Shown piece after piece: positions 35,170 through 44,785 of a DNA stretch of 49,874 nt. The stretch lies in assembly GCA_021806745.1 (NCBI GenBank), contig JAJZQS010000003.1, positions 1 through 49,874 of the forward strand, in the 5' to 3' direction. The notes below the pieces were generated by a model, which saw only the letters and a list, made by a program, of their open reading frames with translations, ran no database searches and was not told the DNA's origin. Made by a program: the position numbers and the translations under genes. Each line of letters begins with the position of its first letter. Positions within the stretch are counted from its first letter, which is position 1. The stretch is from a bacterium (GTDB lineage Bacteria; Elusimicrobiota; Elusimicrobia; UBA1565; UBA9628).

Positions 35170-36026
35170 GCCGAAGCGCCCCTCTCCTCAGAACCAAGCG
35201 CGAGCTCCGCGCGCTCGTCGGAGGCTGGAGGACGCGCGGCCTGTCGATCGGCTTCGTGCCGACGATGGGTGCGCTGCACGCGGGTCACGCCGCCCTGATA
35301 CGCCGCGCCGCGTCCGAGTGCGCGCGCGTGGTCGTGTCGGTTTTCGTCAACCCGCTCCAGTTCGGCCCCGGCGAGGACTACGGCCGCTATCCGCGCGCGC
35401 TTGCGGCCGACCGCAAACTTTGCGCCGCCGCAGGCGCGGCGGCGGTCTACGCTCCCTCGGCGGGGGAAATGTACCCGGAAGGATTTCGCACCCACGTCGA
35501 AGTCGAGGGGTTGTCGCAGCTCTACTGCGGCGCCTACCGCCCCGGACACTTCCGCGGCGTGGCGACGGTCGTGCTCAAGCTCTTCAACCAGGTTCGACCC
35601 GACCGCGCGTATTTCGGCGAAAAGGACTTTCAGCAGGTCGCGTTGCTTGAGCGCATGGCGCTCGATCTCGACGTACCCTGTCGGATCGTGCGCGTTCCGA
35701 CGGTGCGCGAAGCCGACGGCCTGGCGATGTCCAGCCGCAACGCCTACTTGAGCCCCGAGGAACGCGCCGCCGCTCCGACCCTGCGCGCGGCCCTGGCCGC
35801 GGGAGCCGCGGCCGCGCGGCGCCCGGCCGCGACGCCCGCGAGCGTGACGGCCGCCGTGCGCCGCGCGCTCGCGCACGGCCCGCTCAAGCTCCAGTACGCG
35901 GCCGTCGCCGACGCGCGCACGCTTGAGCCCGCGCGCGACCTGCGCGGCCCGCGACGCCTGCTCGTCGCCGCCCATCTCGGGCGCACGCGCTTGATTGACA
36001 ACCTCGCGCTGGGACGGGTAGGATAG
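35166..36026 (+). CDS. panC: Pantoate--beta-alanine ligase
   Basis: GFVPTMGALHAGH, SVFVNPLQF, RPGHFRGV, FGEKDFQQ, READGLAMSSRN, TRLIDN. Confidence 0.96.
   Translation: MSRSAPLLRTKRELRALVGGWRTRGLSIGFVPTMGALHAGHAALIRRAASECARVVVSVFVNPLQFGPGEDYGRYPRALAADRKLCAAAGAAAVYAPSAGEMYPEGFRTHVEVEGLSQLYCGAYRPGHFRGVATVVLKLFNQVRPDRAYFGEKDFQQVALLERMALDLDVPCRIVRVPTVREADGLAMSSRNAYLSPEERAAAPTLRAALAAGAAAARRPAATPASVTAAVRRALAHGPLKLQYAAVADARTLEPARDLRGPRRLLVAAHLGRTRLIDNLALGRVG
35995..36024 (+). promoter_or_regulatory. Promoter embedded in the panC 3' end
   Basis: TTGACA-N18-TAGGAT-N7-ATG(36032). Confidence 0.55.
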
Positions 36027-36031
36027 CCGCG

Positions 36032-36613
36032 ATGCACTCCAAGCCCGCCGCGACGCCGCCCCAGCCCTACAAGCGCCAGCAGTACTGGATCGACGCGCCG
36101 CTGCAGCTTCAGATGGTCGCCTACGTGCTGACGCTGATCGCGGTGAGCTTGGGCCTGAGCGCTTTCAGCGTCTACCAGGGCCTGCAGGAGTCCTCGCGCC
36201 AGTCCGAGCAGATTTTCCACTCGATGGATTGGATCGCCGCCGCGATGCGCGCGCCGCTGATCCTGTCGGCCTCGATCAGTCTGCTGGCGGGAGGCCTTCT
36301 GACGCTGTTCTGGTCGCACCGCTTCGCCGGGCCCCTGCGCGTGCTGGCCGCGGGCATCGCCCGCGTTCGCCACGGCAATCTCGGGGTACCCGTGCGCGTG
36401 CGCTCCGGCGACGCGCACCAGGAGCTCGTGCGCGAATTCCAGCAGATGCAAGACGAACTCAAGAAGATGATCGCCGCCGACCGCGAGTGCGTGGCCGAGG
36501 CCGTCGCCCAACTCGAGACCGCCGAAAAGACCCTGCACGCCGGTCAAGCTCGCGAGCACGTCGAAAAGGCGATCGCGCGCCTGCGCGGCGCCTGCGCGCA
36601 CTACCACCTTTAG
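36032..36613 (+). CDS. Two-TM HAMP-domain protein without output domain
   Basis: KRQQYWID..LQ N-terminus, two TM helices, SHRFAGPL..L..G.L..VRVR.GD..EL..F..M HAMP pattern, short coiled-coil tail. Confidence 0.8.
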   Translation: MHSKPAATPPQPYKRQQYWIDAPLQLQMVAYVLTLIAVSLGLSAFSVYQGLQESSRQSEQIFHSMDWIAAAMRAPLILSASISLLAGGLLTLFWSHRFAGPLRVLAAGIARVRHGNLGVPVRVRSGDAHQELVREFQQMQDELKKMIAADRECVAEAVAQLETAEKTLHAGQAREHVEKAIARLRGACAHYHL

Positions 36614-36638
36614 GCCGCGCCCGCCGAAGCCGGATCGA

Positions 36639-38142
36639 TCAGGGCGTTTCGTAGACCGCCAGGCCTTTCATCGAGTCGTTTTCATCCGGGCGGAACAGTC
36701 TTGAGAACGCGACGATCGTCCGGGGCGGGGCCGCACCGCCCGGTCTTGGCACGATCAGGAAAGCACGCCGATTTCCTCTCAGCCTCGCTCGGAGGTCGCC
36801 GGAAAAATACGAACCGTAATCGCGAACCGTCTCGTTTCGCTCGCAATCGAATGGATACGCTTTCCCCAACAGAGACAGGCGCGCTGCGGCGACCTTGAAC
36901 GGCCAGGCTCTCTGTGAAGTTCCCACGAGCACCAGGTCGGACGGCAACCGCGCGGCCAACTCCAACGCCGCCTCATCGCGACGAGAGAGCGAGAGTTCGC
37001 TCCTTTCCCGCGCGAACGCAGACAAGACCAGCGACGCCGCGATCGCTCCCAGCAAGGCCGCACGCGAGCGCGGGCCTCTCACTGCGGCGCTAATCCCGCG
37101 CGCCGAGATCAGAGCGTAGATGGGCAACAGATAGAAGAAGTTGCGCGCGTGGCCGAAGCGCGGCGTGCATGCGCCGATGAACGCGTACGCGACCGGGGGA
37201 AGAACGAACACGACGAGGAGAAAAACGCCGTCGCGGTTCTCCGTCGCCCGTGCCGCCGCGCGCCGGGCATCAGCGAGAATGGACGCGGCTCCAATGAGGA
37301 ATAGTCCCGACAGCGCCGATTGCGCCGCGGCTTCAAGGCCCACGATCATCTCATCCTTCCACCCGGATCGGCAGGCGGACGATCGCTCGCACCAGGTTCA
37401 TCACCGTCGGCGGCATCCACCAGGAATGTGCGTAATTTCCCTGGGCCGCGTTCGCCGCGATGAAGACCGCCAAGAAGATCACGGACAGAGCCGAAGCCGC
37501 CGCCAGCGGCGTGAACGCCCGACAACGGCGCCGAGCCGACCAGAGCGCGACGGACTGCGCCGAAAGAACGACGGCATAGTGGTAGAAAAGAAGAAGGCCC
37601 GCGACGTTGACCAGCGCCAGCGCCGCGGCTCGCGCGGCACGCGGCCGCCCCAAGACCGCCCGAAGCGCGAGGAGAGTCATCACGCAAACGAGCGCCTCGA
37701 AAATCGCCGGAACGGCGCGCGCCGAGTACTCCGAATACGCCGGTGAACATGCGATCAAAAGCGCGGCCGCCGAAGCCGCTTGCGCGCCGAAAGCATCGGC
37801 GCCGCCGACGAGCACGATGAAAATCAAAGCCGCGCCGGCCGCCAACGGAGGGATGCGCATCGCCGCAGGCGAATCGCCGAAAATTTCCGTCCAGGCCCGG
37901 TAGAACCAGTACAGCCCGGGAGGATGGATCGCGAGTTGACGCGACCAGTCCGTGTCCCAACGCTCATACGGTCGTGCCGCCGCCTCGCCGTTGGTCGCCG
38001 CCGCGATCCCGGTGAAATAGGCCGACGAATAGTATATTTCGTCGTGAGTCAGCGGTCTTGTGAGCAGCGGCGCGCATAGGGCAAAAAACATCCCGAACGC
38101 GAGCGCCGCGCGAAACGACGATCCTCGCACGGGCTCGTTCAT
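36639..38142 (-). pseudogene. GT39/ArnT(PMT_2)-like glycosyltransferase split into two ORFs (37351-38142 and 36639-37349)
   Basis: N-half has THDEIY, HPPGLYW, MRIPP and YSARA motifs; C-half has RNFFYLLP plus a periplasmic tail. Together ~500 aa, with a one-base frame offset at the junction. Confidence 0.6.
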
Positions 38143-39377
38143 TTCGAGTTCGGATGAGGTGCGCACAGCGCCGGGGCCGTCATGCGGTCCAGCCACTCGG
38201 CGATCCGACGGCGGTCGGAGTCCTCGAATCGGCCCAGGCCCGCGCGCAGGCTCTTAAGCGCCTCGGCGACTTCGGACTCCGATCGGCGCGGCAGCGCCAA
38301 AGCCGCCGCCTCGATGACGACCGCCGGTTCGTCGTCGCGCAGCGCGACGAGCAGATGCGGCTTGAACTGCTCCCAAGGTCCGGACGCCAAGCCGTAGAGC
38401 GCGATCTCCCGCGCAAGCGCGTCCCGGGACTTCGACAGCCGCGCGAAGGCGGCGCGGATCGCCGGCGTCGAAGGCCGTTCCGAGAGATCCCCGGCCAAGC
38501 GCCCCAATTCGCTTCCCGAAGACGCGGCGACCGCCGCGATCAACTGTGCGTCGCTCAGCGCGGCCTGCGCCAATCCGCGGCGCAGGCCGTCGACGGGCGC
38601 GGCACGCGCGTCCGCCGCCGCGCGCGGGCCACGCACGATCCGCGTCCGGCGCGAGAACGACGCGGGAACCGTGACCCCCTCCGGCACGACCGCGTAGGCG
38701 ACGTCGTCGAGAGTCACCGGCCCCCAGATCTGCGCCTCGCAGTAGTTGACGCAGGAGTTGTGATCGCGAGGGCGACGACGATAGGAAAAAGAATGCGGCA
38801 GAACCGAATTGGCCTCTCCCTCGGGCTCGTAGAGTCCGGCTCGGCGCCAAAAATCCAGGCTGTCGGCGTAGGTCCAAGTCGCCCGACTCTCGACTTCGGA
38901 CTTGAGCACGAGTTCGACGCCTCCGTAGCGGGTCGGCGGCGACGGATTTCCCAGCGCCTCCGAGCTCAAGAACGCGTATTTGGGCAGAAGCGCTCGGCCG
39001 CGCGCGCCGTAGGGCAGGCGCAACATCGCCAACTCCTGCTCCGCCTCGAAACGGACCGCGGGCGCGATTTTGCCTCCGCCGGAGGCGGTCTCATGCTGGT
39101 TTCTCAAGCCGAATTCGGCGATCGAGCCCAGCGCCGCGGCGGGAACCATCACCGAAATCCGAACCCCCGCGCCCAGCGGCGACGGACCGACCGGCGCTTG
39201 GGCGTCGTCGCAATCGGTCTTGATGCGCGCGACGATCGCGCGGGCGAGCGCGCGAGGGTCGGCCGAACGCACCTCCTCGGCCGACAACGAAAGTCCGACG
39301 ATCGCCGGCGGCCGCCCGGCCCAAGCGCGGGCCCCCGCCAAACAGACCGCGGCGCAGACGAGAACAAATCGCGGCAC
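38139..39377 (-). CDS. Secreted protein with DUF3626-like domain and C-terminal HEAT-like repeats
   Basis: Signal peptide; GLRNQHET.SGG, PKYAFL, RYG...VLK..V..RATWT.ADS and YCEAQIWGPV.L.DV resemble DUF3626; D...RE.ALY.L and L.D.EP.V..EA HEAT-like helices. Confidence 0.65.
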   Translation of the reverse strand: MPRFVLVCAAVCLAGARAWAGRPPAIVGLSLSAEEVRSADPRALARAIVARIKTDCDDAQAPVGPSPLGAGVRISVMVPAAALGSIAEFGLRNQHETASGGGKIAPAVRFEAEQELAMLRLPYGARGRALLPKYAFLSSEALGNPSPPTRYGGVELVLKSEVESRATWTYADSLDFWRRAGLYEPEGEANSVLPHSFSYRRRPRDHNSCVNYCEAQIWGPVTLDDVAYAVVPEGVTVPASFSRRTRIVRGPRAAADARAAPVDGLRRGLAQAALSDAQLIAAVAASSGSELGRLAGDLSERPSTPAIRAAFARLSKSRDALAREIALYGLASGPWEQFKPHLLVALRDDEPAVVIEAAALALPRRSESEVAEALKSLRAGLGRFEDSDRRRIAEWLDRMTAPALCAPHPNSK

Positions 39378-39384
39378 GCGCGCC

Positions 39385-40107
39385 TCAGCGCGCGAGCTCG
39401 GCCAGGAGTTTCTGCGCGTCGCGGAGGTCCTCCGGGTACTGCGCGGGATCCCGCGGGGACTTCACCTGCGAGACCGCCTTCAGGACGCGGATCGCGTCGT
39501 CTTTTCGGCCGAAATGCAGGTAAGCCTCGGCGAGGACTTGATAATTGGCCGTGTAGGACGGGTCCAGGCGCACCGCGGTCTCGTAGTCCTCGAGCGCCTT
39601 TTTCTTGTCGCCGCCCGCGAAGCCGGGAATCTGCCAGAGCATCTCTCCGAGAACTCGATAGGCTCCGCCGTGATTGGGGTCGAGCGCCAGCGTCGCGTGC
39701 ATCTCGCGCCGGATGGGCTTGATCAAAAAAAGGGACTTGAGCACGCCCTGCGTCTCGCCGCGGCGTCCCATCGCCACTCCATACCAGAAATGCGCGTCGA
39801 CGCTCTTGGGGTCGGCGGCGACCGCGCGCGAGAGGGCGTTCTCGGCGGCGAGGAAGTCCGCCAGGCGCTCTTTCTTGGCGGAGAGATCCTCGCCGCGGCG
39901 CACCAGCGCCCGACCTTCGCGCCACAGCAGCGCCGGGTCGTCCGGCGAACTCGCCAAACCGGCGCGCAACTCGTCCAGGCACCGTTCCAGATGGCCCGGC
40001 TTGTCCCTGCTCCAATAGAGCGCGTCGACGGCCGACAAATCGCCGGCCGCCCTCGCCGAAGCGGCGAGGGCGGCCGTGATCAGCAGGGCGCGCAGGCCCC
40101 GATTCAT
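39385..40107 (-). CDS. Exported TPR-repeat protein (RMDN/TatT-like)
   Basis: Signal peptide; helical repeats A...DP...AHFWYG, LDP..GGAY..LG, A..LDP. Confidence 0.8.
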   Translation of the reverse strand: MNRGLRALLITAALAASARAAGDLSAVDALYWSRDKPGHLERCLDELRAGLASSPDDPALLWREGRALVRRGEDLSAKKERLADFLAAENALSRAVAADPKSVDAHFWYGVAMGRRGETQGVLKSLFLIKPIRREMHATLALDPNHGGAYRVLGEMLWQIPGFAGGDKKKALEDYETAVRLDPSYTANYQVLAEAYLHFGRKDDAIRVLKAVSQVKSPRDPAQYPEDLRDAQKLLAELAR

Positions 40108-41418
40108 CTACGGATACATTCCCCGGATCGTCGCGGCCTTGCCCAGCCGGCGCAACCCCACCATGAACGCCGCCGTGCGCATGTCCACCTTTTCCTTCAA
40201 ATGCACGTCGTAGACCTCGGTGAAGGCGCCGACGATGATGTCTTGCAGGCGCGCGTTGATCTCCTTCTCGCTCCAGAAATACGACTGCATGTCCTGCACC
40301 CACTCGAAGTAGGAGACGGTCACGCCGCCGGCGTTGGCCAGGATGTCGGGAACGACGACCACTCCCTTGTCGTGCAGGATGTGGTCGGCGTCGTTGGAGG
40401 TCGGGCCGTTGGCGCCCTCGATGATGTACTTGGCCTGGATCCTGGGCGCGTTCGCCTTCGTGATCGCGTTTTCCATCGCCGCGGGAACAAGGATGTCGCA
40501 GGGCAGTTCCAGGAACTTGTCGATGGGCATGTGCTCGGCCTTGTCGTAGTCGGCGATCGAGTCGTGCGTGTCGCGGTAGTGGAGGATGTCGTGCAAATCG
40601 AGGCCCTTGGGATCGTAGAGCCCGCCGCCGACATCCGAGACGCCCACGACCTTGCAGCCGTGCTCGGCGAAGATGTTCGCGGCATTGGAGCCCACGTTGC
40701 CAAAGCCCTGGACGATGATCGGCGCCTTGCGCAGGTCGAAGCCGCGGCGGGCGGCCAGTTCGCGCGTGACGTAGAACACGCCTCGGCCGGTGGCCTCGCG
40801 GCGGCCCAGCGAGCCTCCGATCTCCAGGGGTTTGCCCGTGACGACTCCCGGGCACGAGTAGCCCAGCGTCATCGAGTAGGTATCCATGACCCAGGCCATG
40901 ACCTGCTCGTTGGTGTTGACGTCGGGAGCGGGGATGTCCTTGTCGGGGCCGATGATGATCGAAATCTCGGCGGTATATCGGCGCGTCAAGCGCTCAAGCT
41001 CGCCTTTGGACATCTTCTTGGGATCGCAGATGATGCCGCCTTTCGCGCCCCCGTAGGGGAGATTGACCACCGCGCACTTCATCGTCATCCAAAAGGAAAG
41101 CGCCTTCACCTCGTCGAGCGAAACCTGCGGGTGATAGCGGATGCCGCCCTTGGCCGGACCACGGTCCATGTTGTGCTGGATTCGGTAGCCCTCGAAGACC
41201 TCCACGCGCCCGTCGTCCATCTTGACGGGGACCGACACGGTCAGGATGCGCTTGCAGTGGCGCAGCCGCTCCAAGGCGAACGGCTCCAGCTTCATCGCGC
41301 GACCGGCGCGGTCGAGTTGCTCCATCGCCTGGCGCCAGGGATTGCCGTCGTGGGCTTCCATGTGCTCGGCGACTTTGACGGGTGCGGGGGACGGTTTGGG
41401 AGTGGTTTTGGTGTCCAT
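40108..41418 (-). CDS. gdhA: Glu/Leu/Phe/Val dehydrogenase (glutamate dehydrogenase)
   Basis: GPAKGGIRYHP, MTMKCA, GGAKGG, DIPAPDV, GGSLGR.EATGRG, QGFGNVG, EGANGP, NAGGVTVSYFEWVQ. TGnTAGAAT-N6-ATG upstream. Confidence 0.93.
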   Translation of the reverse strand: MDTKTTPKPSPAPVKVAEHMEAHDGNPWRQAMEQLDRAGRAMKLEPFALERLRHCKRILTVSVPVKMDDGRVEVFEGYRIQHNMDRGPAKGGIRYHPQVSLDEVKALSFWMTMKCAVVNLPYGGAKGGIICDPKKMSKGELERLTRRYTAEISIIIGPDKDIPAPDVNTNEQVMAWVMDTYSMTLGYSCPGVVTGKPLEIGGSLGRREATGRGVFYVTRELAARRGFDLRKAPIIVQGFGNVGSNAANIFAEHGCKVVGVSDVGGGLYDPKGLDLHDILHYRDTHDSIADYDKAEHMPIDKFLELPCDILVPAAMENAITKANAPRIQAKYIIEGANGPTSNDADHILHDKGVVVVPDILANAGGVTVSYFEWVQDMQSYFWSEKEINARLQDIIVGAFTEVYDVHLKEKVDMRTAAFMVGLRRLGKAATIRGMYP

Positions 41419-41462
41419 GGCCGGATTCTATCACCCCCGACGCCCGTCCACAAGAGGCGAGA

Positions 41463-43298
41463 TTACGGCGTGGGCACCCAAAAATACCGCCCGGTCGTGT
41501 CGATGTAGCCGCGCGCGCCGTTGAGCAAGACCGGAGCCAGCGCCATCGCCGGATCGAAGCGCGGCGCGGCCACCGCGCTGTGCCCTCGTCCGAGGAATCC
41601 GTTCAGCGGCCGGCCCGAGCGGGCGTTCGCCTCCCCTAAATCCGGCGTGATCACCACGTTGCCGGACGCGTCGATGTAGCGGTAGTCCCCCCCGTCCAAG
41701 GCCAGCGCGAGACCGCTCGAATAGGCGAAGACCGCGTCGAACGACGCCGGCACGATCTCGCGGCCGCTTTTGTCGATGAAGCCCCACTTGTCGCCGTCCA
41801 TGACCACCGCGCGGCCCTTGCTGAAGCTCAGCGCGGCTCCGAAAGTCGCCGAGACGGCCATGTTCCCGGAGCGGTCGATGTAGCCCCAAGACCCGCCCGC
41901 GGTCTCGACCGCCGCCAGCCCTTCCGAGAAGCCCAGCGTCGCGCGATATTGAGCCGGGATGACGAAGACGCCCGCCTTGTCCACGAAACCCCACAGGCCG
42001 TTCATGCGCACGGCCGCCAGGCCCTCGTTGTAGCCGAACGTCGCGCCGTAGCGCGGCGCGATGACCGTGGCTCCCGACTCATCGATGAAGCCCCAGCGGC
42101 CGTCTTGCTCCACGCCGGCAAGACCTCCGGCGGAAAACCCGGTGGTGTTGTCGTATTGCGTGTCGATGACCACGTCCCCGGACTCATCGATGAAGCCCCA
42201 CTGCCCGTTTTCCCGGATGGGGGCCAGCCCCTTGTAGAAGCCGTAGGCGGCCTCGAATTGCGGAGCAACCACGAGTTGGCCCGTCGTGTCGATGAAGCCC
42301 CAGGCGCCGTCCGACTTGACCGCGCACAACTGCTCCGAGCAATTCCACGCCGATTCGTATTCCGGATCGACGACCGTGGCGCCCTGCGCGTTGATGTAGC
42401 CCCAGCGCCCTCCCACGCGCACCGCCGCCAGGCCTTGGCTGAAGTCTCCGGCCTCGGAAAACTCCGGGGCGATGACGATGGCTCCCGACGCGTCGATGTA
42501 GCCGTAGCGGCCGTCTATGCGGATTGCCGCCAGACCCTCGGAAAAACCTCGCGCGAAATCGAAGTGCGCGCCGTGCTTGCGGGCGCCGACCGGCGCGTAT
42601 GCCGTGCGCCCGCCCAACGCGCTGCGTCCCACGGCCGCGTATTCCGAGGCCAATCGTCGTCCGTCGCGATCGATGTAAAAGGTCTCGCTTCCTAAGCGCA
42701 CGCGAGCGCGGCCGTCTTCGAAGCTCGAGGCGTGGTCGTAGCGCAAGGGTACGGGCCAGTTCGCGTGCGCGTCGATGAAGCCCCAATGGCCCCGCGCGCG
42801 CACCGCCGCGCGGCCCTCGGAAAACTCCCGCGCCCGGTCGAGGTCGGGCTTGATCGCCCAACGCCCGGACTTGTCGATGTAGCCCCACTTGCCGCCCAGA
42901 GCGGCCGGCGCCAAGCCGCCGGAAAACTCCCCGGCGCCTTCGAAGCGCGGCGCGATGACCCAGCGTCCGCGGCGGTCCACGTAGCCGTATTTGCCTCCGG
43001 ATTGGACCGCGGCCAGGCCTTCCGAGAAGTTTTTTGCGTCATCGAACCGCTCCCCGATGGCCAGACGGCCGTGCCGGTCCACGTAGCCGCGCTTGCCGCC
43101 GACGATGACGGGCGTCAGTTCGTCGCCGTGGACCCACTCGAAACCCGCGGGCAGATGAGGGCTCAGCACGAAATTGCCGTTGGCGTCGTGGTAGCCCCAG
43201 TAGTTGCCCGACAACGGCGCCGCGTTCGGCGCGGGGTCCGCCGCGGCCCGCGCGGCCAGCAACGCGAGCGCGAGCGCGAGCGCCGGCCGCGCGGTCAC
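41463..43298 (-). CDS. Secreted WG-repeat (KWG Leptospira-type) protein
   Basis: About 16 repeats of F.EGLAAV..GG.WG[FY]ID..G..VI.P.F; signal peptide; GTG overlaps the kinase stop. Confidence 0.88.
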   Translation of the reverse strand: MTARPALALALALLAARAAADPAPNAAPLSGNYWGYHDANGNFVLSPHLPAGFEWVHGDELTPVIVGGKRGYVDRHGRLAIGERFDDAKNFSEGLAAVQSGGKYGYVDRRGRWVIAPRFEGAGEFSGGLAPAALGGKWGYIDKSGRWAIKPDLDRAREFSEGRAAVRARGHWGFIDAHANWPVPLRYDHASSFEDGRARVRLGSETFYIDRDGRRLASEYAAVGRSALGGRTAYAPVGARKHGAHFDFARGFSEGLAAIRIDGRYGYIDASGAIVIAPEFSEAGDFSQGLAAVRVGGRWGYINAQGATVVDPEYESAWNCSEQLCAVKSDGAWGFIDTTGQLVVAPQFEAAYGFYKGLAPIRENGQWGFIDESGDVVIDTQYDNTTGFSAGGLAGVEQDGRWGFIDESGATVIAPRYGATFGYNEGLAAVRMNGLWGFVDKAGVFVIPAQYRATLGFSEGLAAVETAGGSWGYIDRSGNMAVSATFGAALSFSKGRAVVMDGDKWGFIDKSGREIVPASFDAVFAYSSGLALALDGGDYRYIDASGNVVITPDLGEANARSGRPLNGFLGRGHSAVAAPRFDPAMALAPVLLNGARGYIDTTGRYFWVPTP

Positions 43299-44785
43299 GC
43301 CCGCTCCCGGCGCGCCGAAGTCTGGGACCCGCCGCGCCACTCGGGAAGCACGAACGAGAACTCGGAACCCACGCCGAGGCGGCTGTCGATGTCCAAGCGG
43401 CTGCCGTGCGCCTCGACGATCCGGCGGGTCAGCGATAGCCCTATGCCGAAACCCCTCGGGGTCATCCGGCGCCCCTGTTCGGTGCGATAATGTCCGCGCA
43501 GAATGCGCGCCTTGTCGGCCTCGGACAGACCGATTCCCGTGTCGCGAGTGAAAACCCGCCACTCGCCCGGCCGGTTCGGCTCGGACCGTATGCCAGCGAC
43601 GACGACGCCGTTTTCATGCGTGTACTTAATCGCGTTGCTGAGCAGATTGCTGATCGCCAGATTGAGAATCGCCGGGTCGGCTTTCAAAAGGGGAGCGTGG
43701 GCGGACGCGTCGAGAGTCAGCTTGAGCTTCTTGCGCAGCGCCAGCGGCTTCATGCGCTGGATCGAGGTGCGCAGTATGCCCAAGACGTCGACGGCTTCCA
43801 CGACGGCGTCCAGCCGCCCGGCCTCCACGCGCGCGGAACTCAGGATGTTGAGCACCTCTCCCCCGAGGACGTCCACGTTGCTACGCACGATCTCGAACAA
43901 CGGGCGTGCCTCCTCGCGCTGCTCCTCGCTCATGCGCTCGCCGAGCAGGAACGCCGCGTTGCTGATGATCGACAACGCGTTGCCGAACTCATGGCTGACC
44001 GCGGACACGAGGCTCGTTTTGAATTCATTGAGGCGCTTCTCCCGGTCGTATTGCTCGTTGAGGCGCCGCGCCATGTCCGCGAAGCGAGTCGTCAAATTTT
44101 TCAGCTCCGCGATCGCAGGAAGTTTTCCTTCGGTCCACGCCACGCCGAGACTCCAACGCGCGCTCTGCTCGTCGAGCAGGGCGATCGGACGAAGAACGAA
44201 CAGATACAACAAGCCGCTGCCGATCAGAGCCGCCGTCAACTGGATCGCCAAACGCGTTAAAATCAGACGCAAGGACTCGCCACGGGCCAGCCGCAGACGA
44301 CGCTCTAGATCGTCGGACGCCGCGTCCGCGATCGAGGAAATCGCGTCCAGAAACTGTTCGCGGCGCGCACGCGCCGTCTCCTGGGCCGCGCTCACCGACG
44401 GCGTCTTCACGCGCGCGTCTTCGGCCGCGACGAACGGCTCCAGCGTGGCGGAAAGCCCGGCGCACGGGCGTTCCAACGCCGACGAGGCGCAGCGCCCGGC
44501 CAATTCCGCCAGCCGCGCGCGCAGTTCGGCCTCAGCGGAAACCCGCTTGACCGGCCAGCCGGCGCCGCGCTCCGAGATCGAGAACTGCGTCAGCAGATCG
44601 AAGCGCCGGGCTTCCCCGCGGAGGTTGGGAAGAGAACTCAGCACCGCCATGTCCTGAGACAACTCGTCTTGCAGGCGCGTCTCGCGTCGGCGGTCGGTCC
44701 AGAATGTCCCCAGCGCGCCCGCGACAAGGCCCGTCGAGAGCACGGCCAGGATCACGATGTGGGAGCGCGGCGCGCCGCGGCTCAA
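43295..44785 (-). CDS. Membrane sensor histidine kinase (HAMP, HisKA, HATPase)
   Basis: Two TM helices, SAVSHEF H-box, NLLSNAIKYT, DTGIG, GFGIGL. Start uncertain: TTG 44785 (TTGA overlap) or GTG 44800. Confidence 0.88.
   Translation of the reverse strand: MSRGAPRSHIVILAVLSTGLVAGALGTFWTDRRRETRLQDELSQDMAVLSSLPNLRGEARRFDLLTQFSISERGAGWPVKRVSAEAELRARLAELAGRCASSALERPCAGLSATLEPFVAAEDARVKTPSVSAAQETARARREQFLDAISSIADAASDDLERRLRLARGESLRLILTRLAIQLTAALIGSGLLYLFVLRPIALLDEQSARWSLGVAWTEGKLPAIAELKNLTTRFADMARRLNEQYDREKRLNEFKTSLVSAVSHEFGNALSIISNAAFLLGERMSEEQREEARPLFEIVRSNVDVLGGEVLNILSSARVEAGRLDAVVEAVDVLGILRTSIQRMKPLALRKKLKLTLDASAHAPLLKADPAILNLAISNLLSNAIKYTHENGVVVAGIRSEPNRPGEWRVFTRDTGIGLSEADKARILRGHYRTEQGRRMTPRGFGIGLSLTRRIVEAHGSRLDIDSRLGVGSEFSFVLPEWRGGSQTSARRERA

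Noticed and set aside
39070-41508. 812-aa plus-strand ORF opposite gdhA and the TPR gene
   Set aside because: Antisense shadow; the minus strand carries clear conserved motifs.
42076-42200. Exact 20-bp direct repeat GACTCATCGATGAAGCCCCA spaced 105 bp apart, with weaker copies nearby (CRISPR-like at first glance)
   Set aside because: It encodes the WGFIDES unit of the 35-aa WG protein repeat; the period is a multiple of 3 and no cas genes are present.
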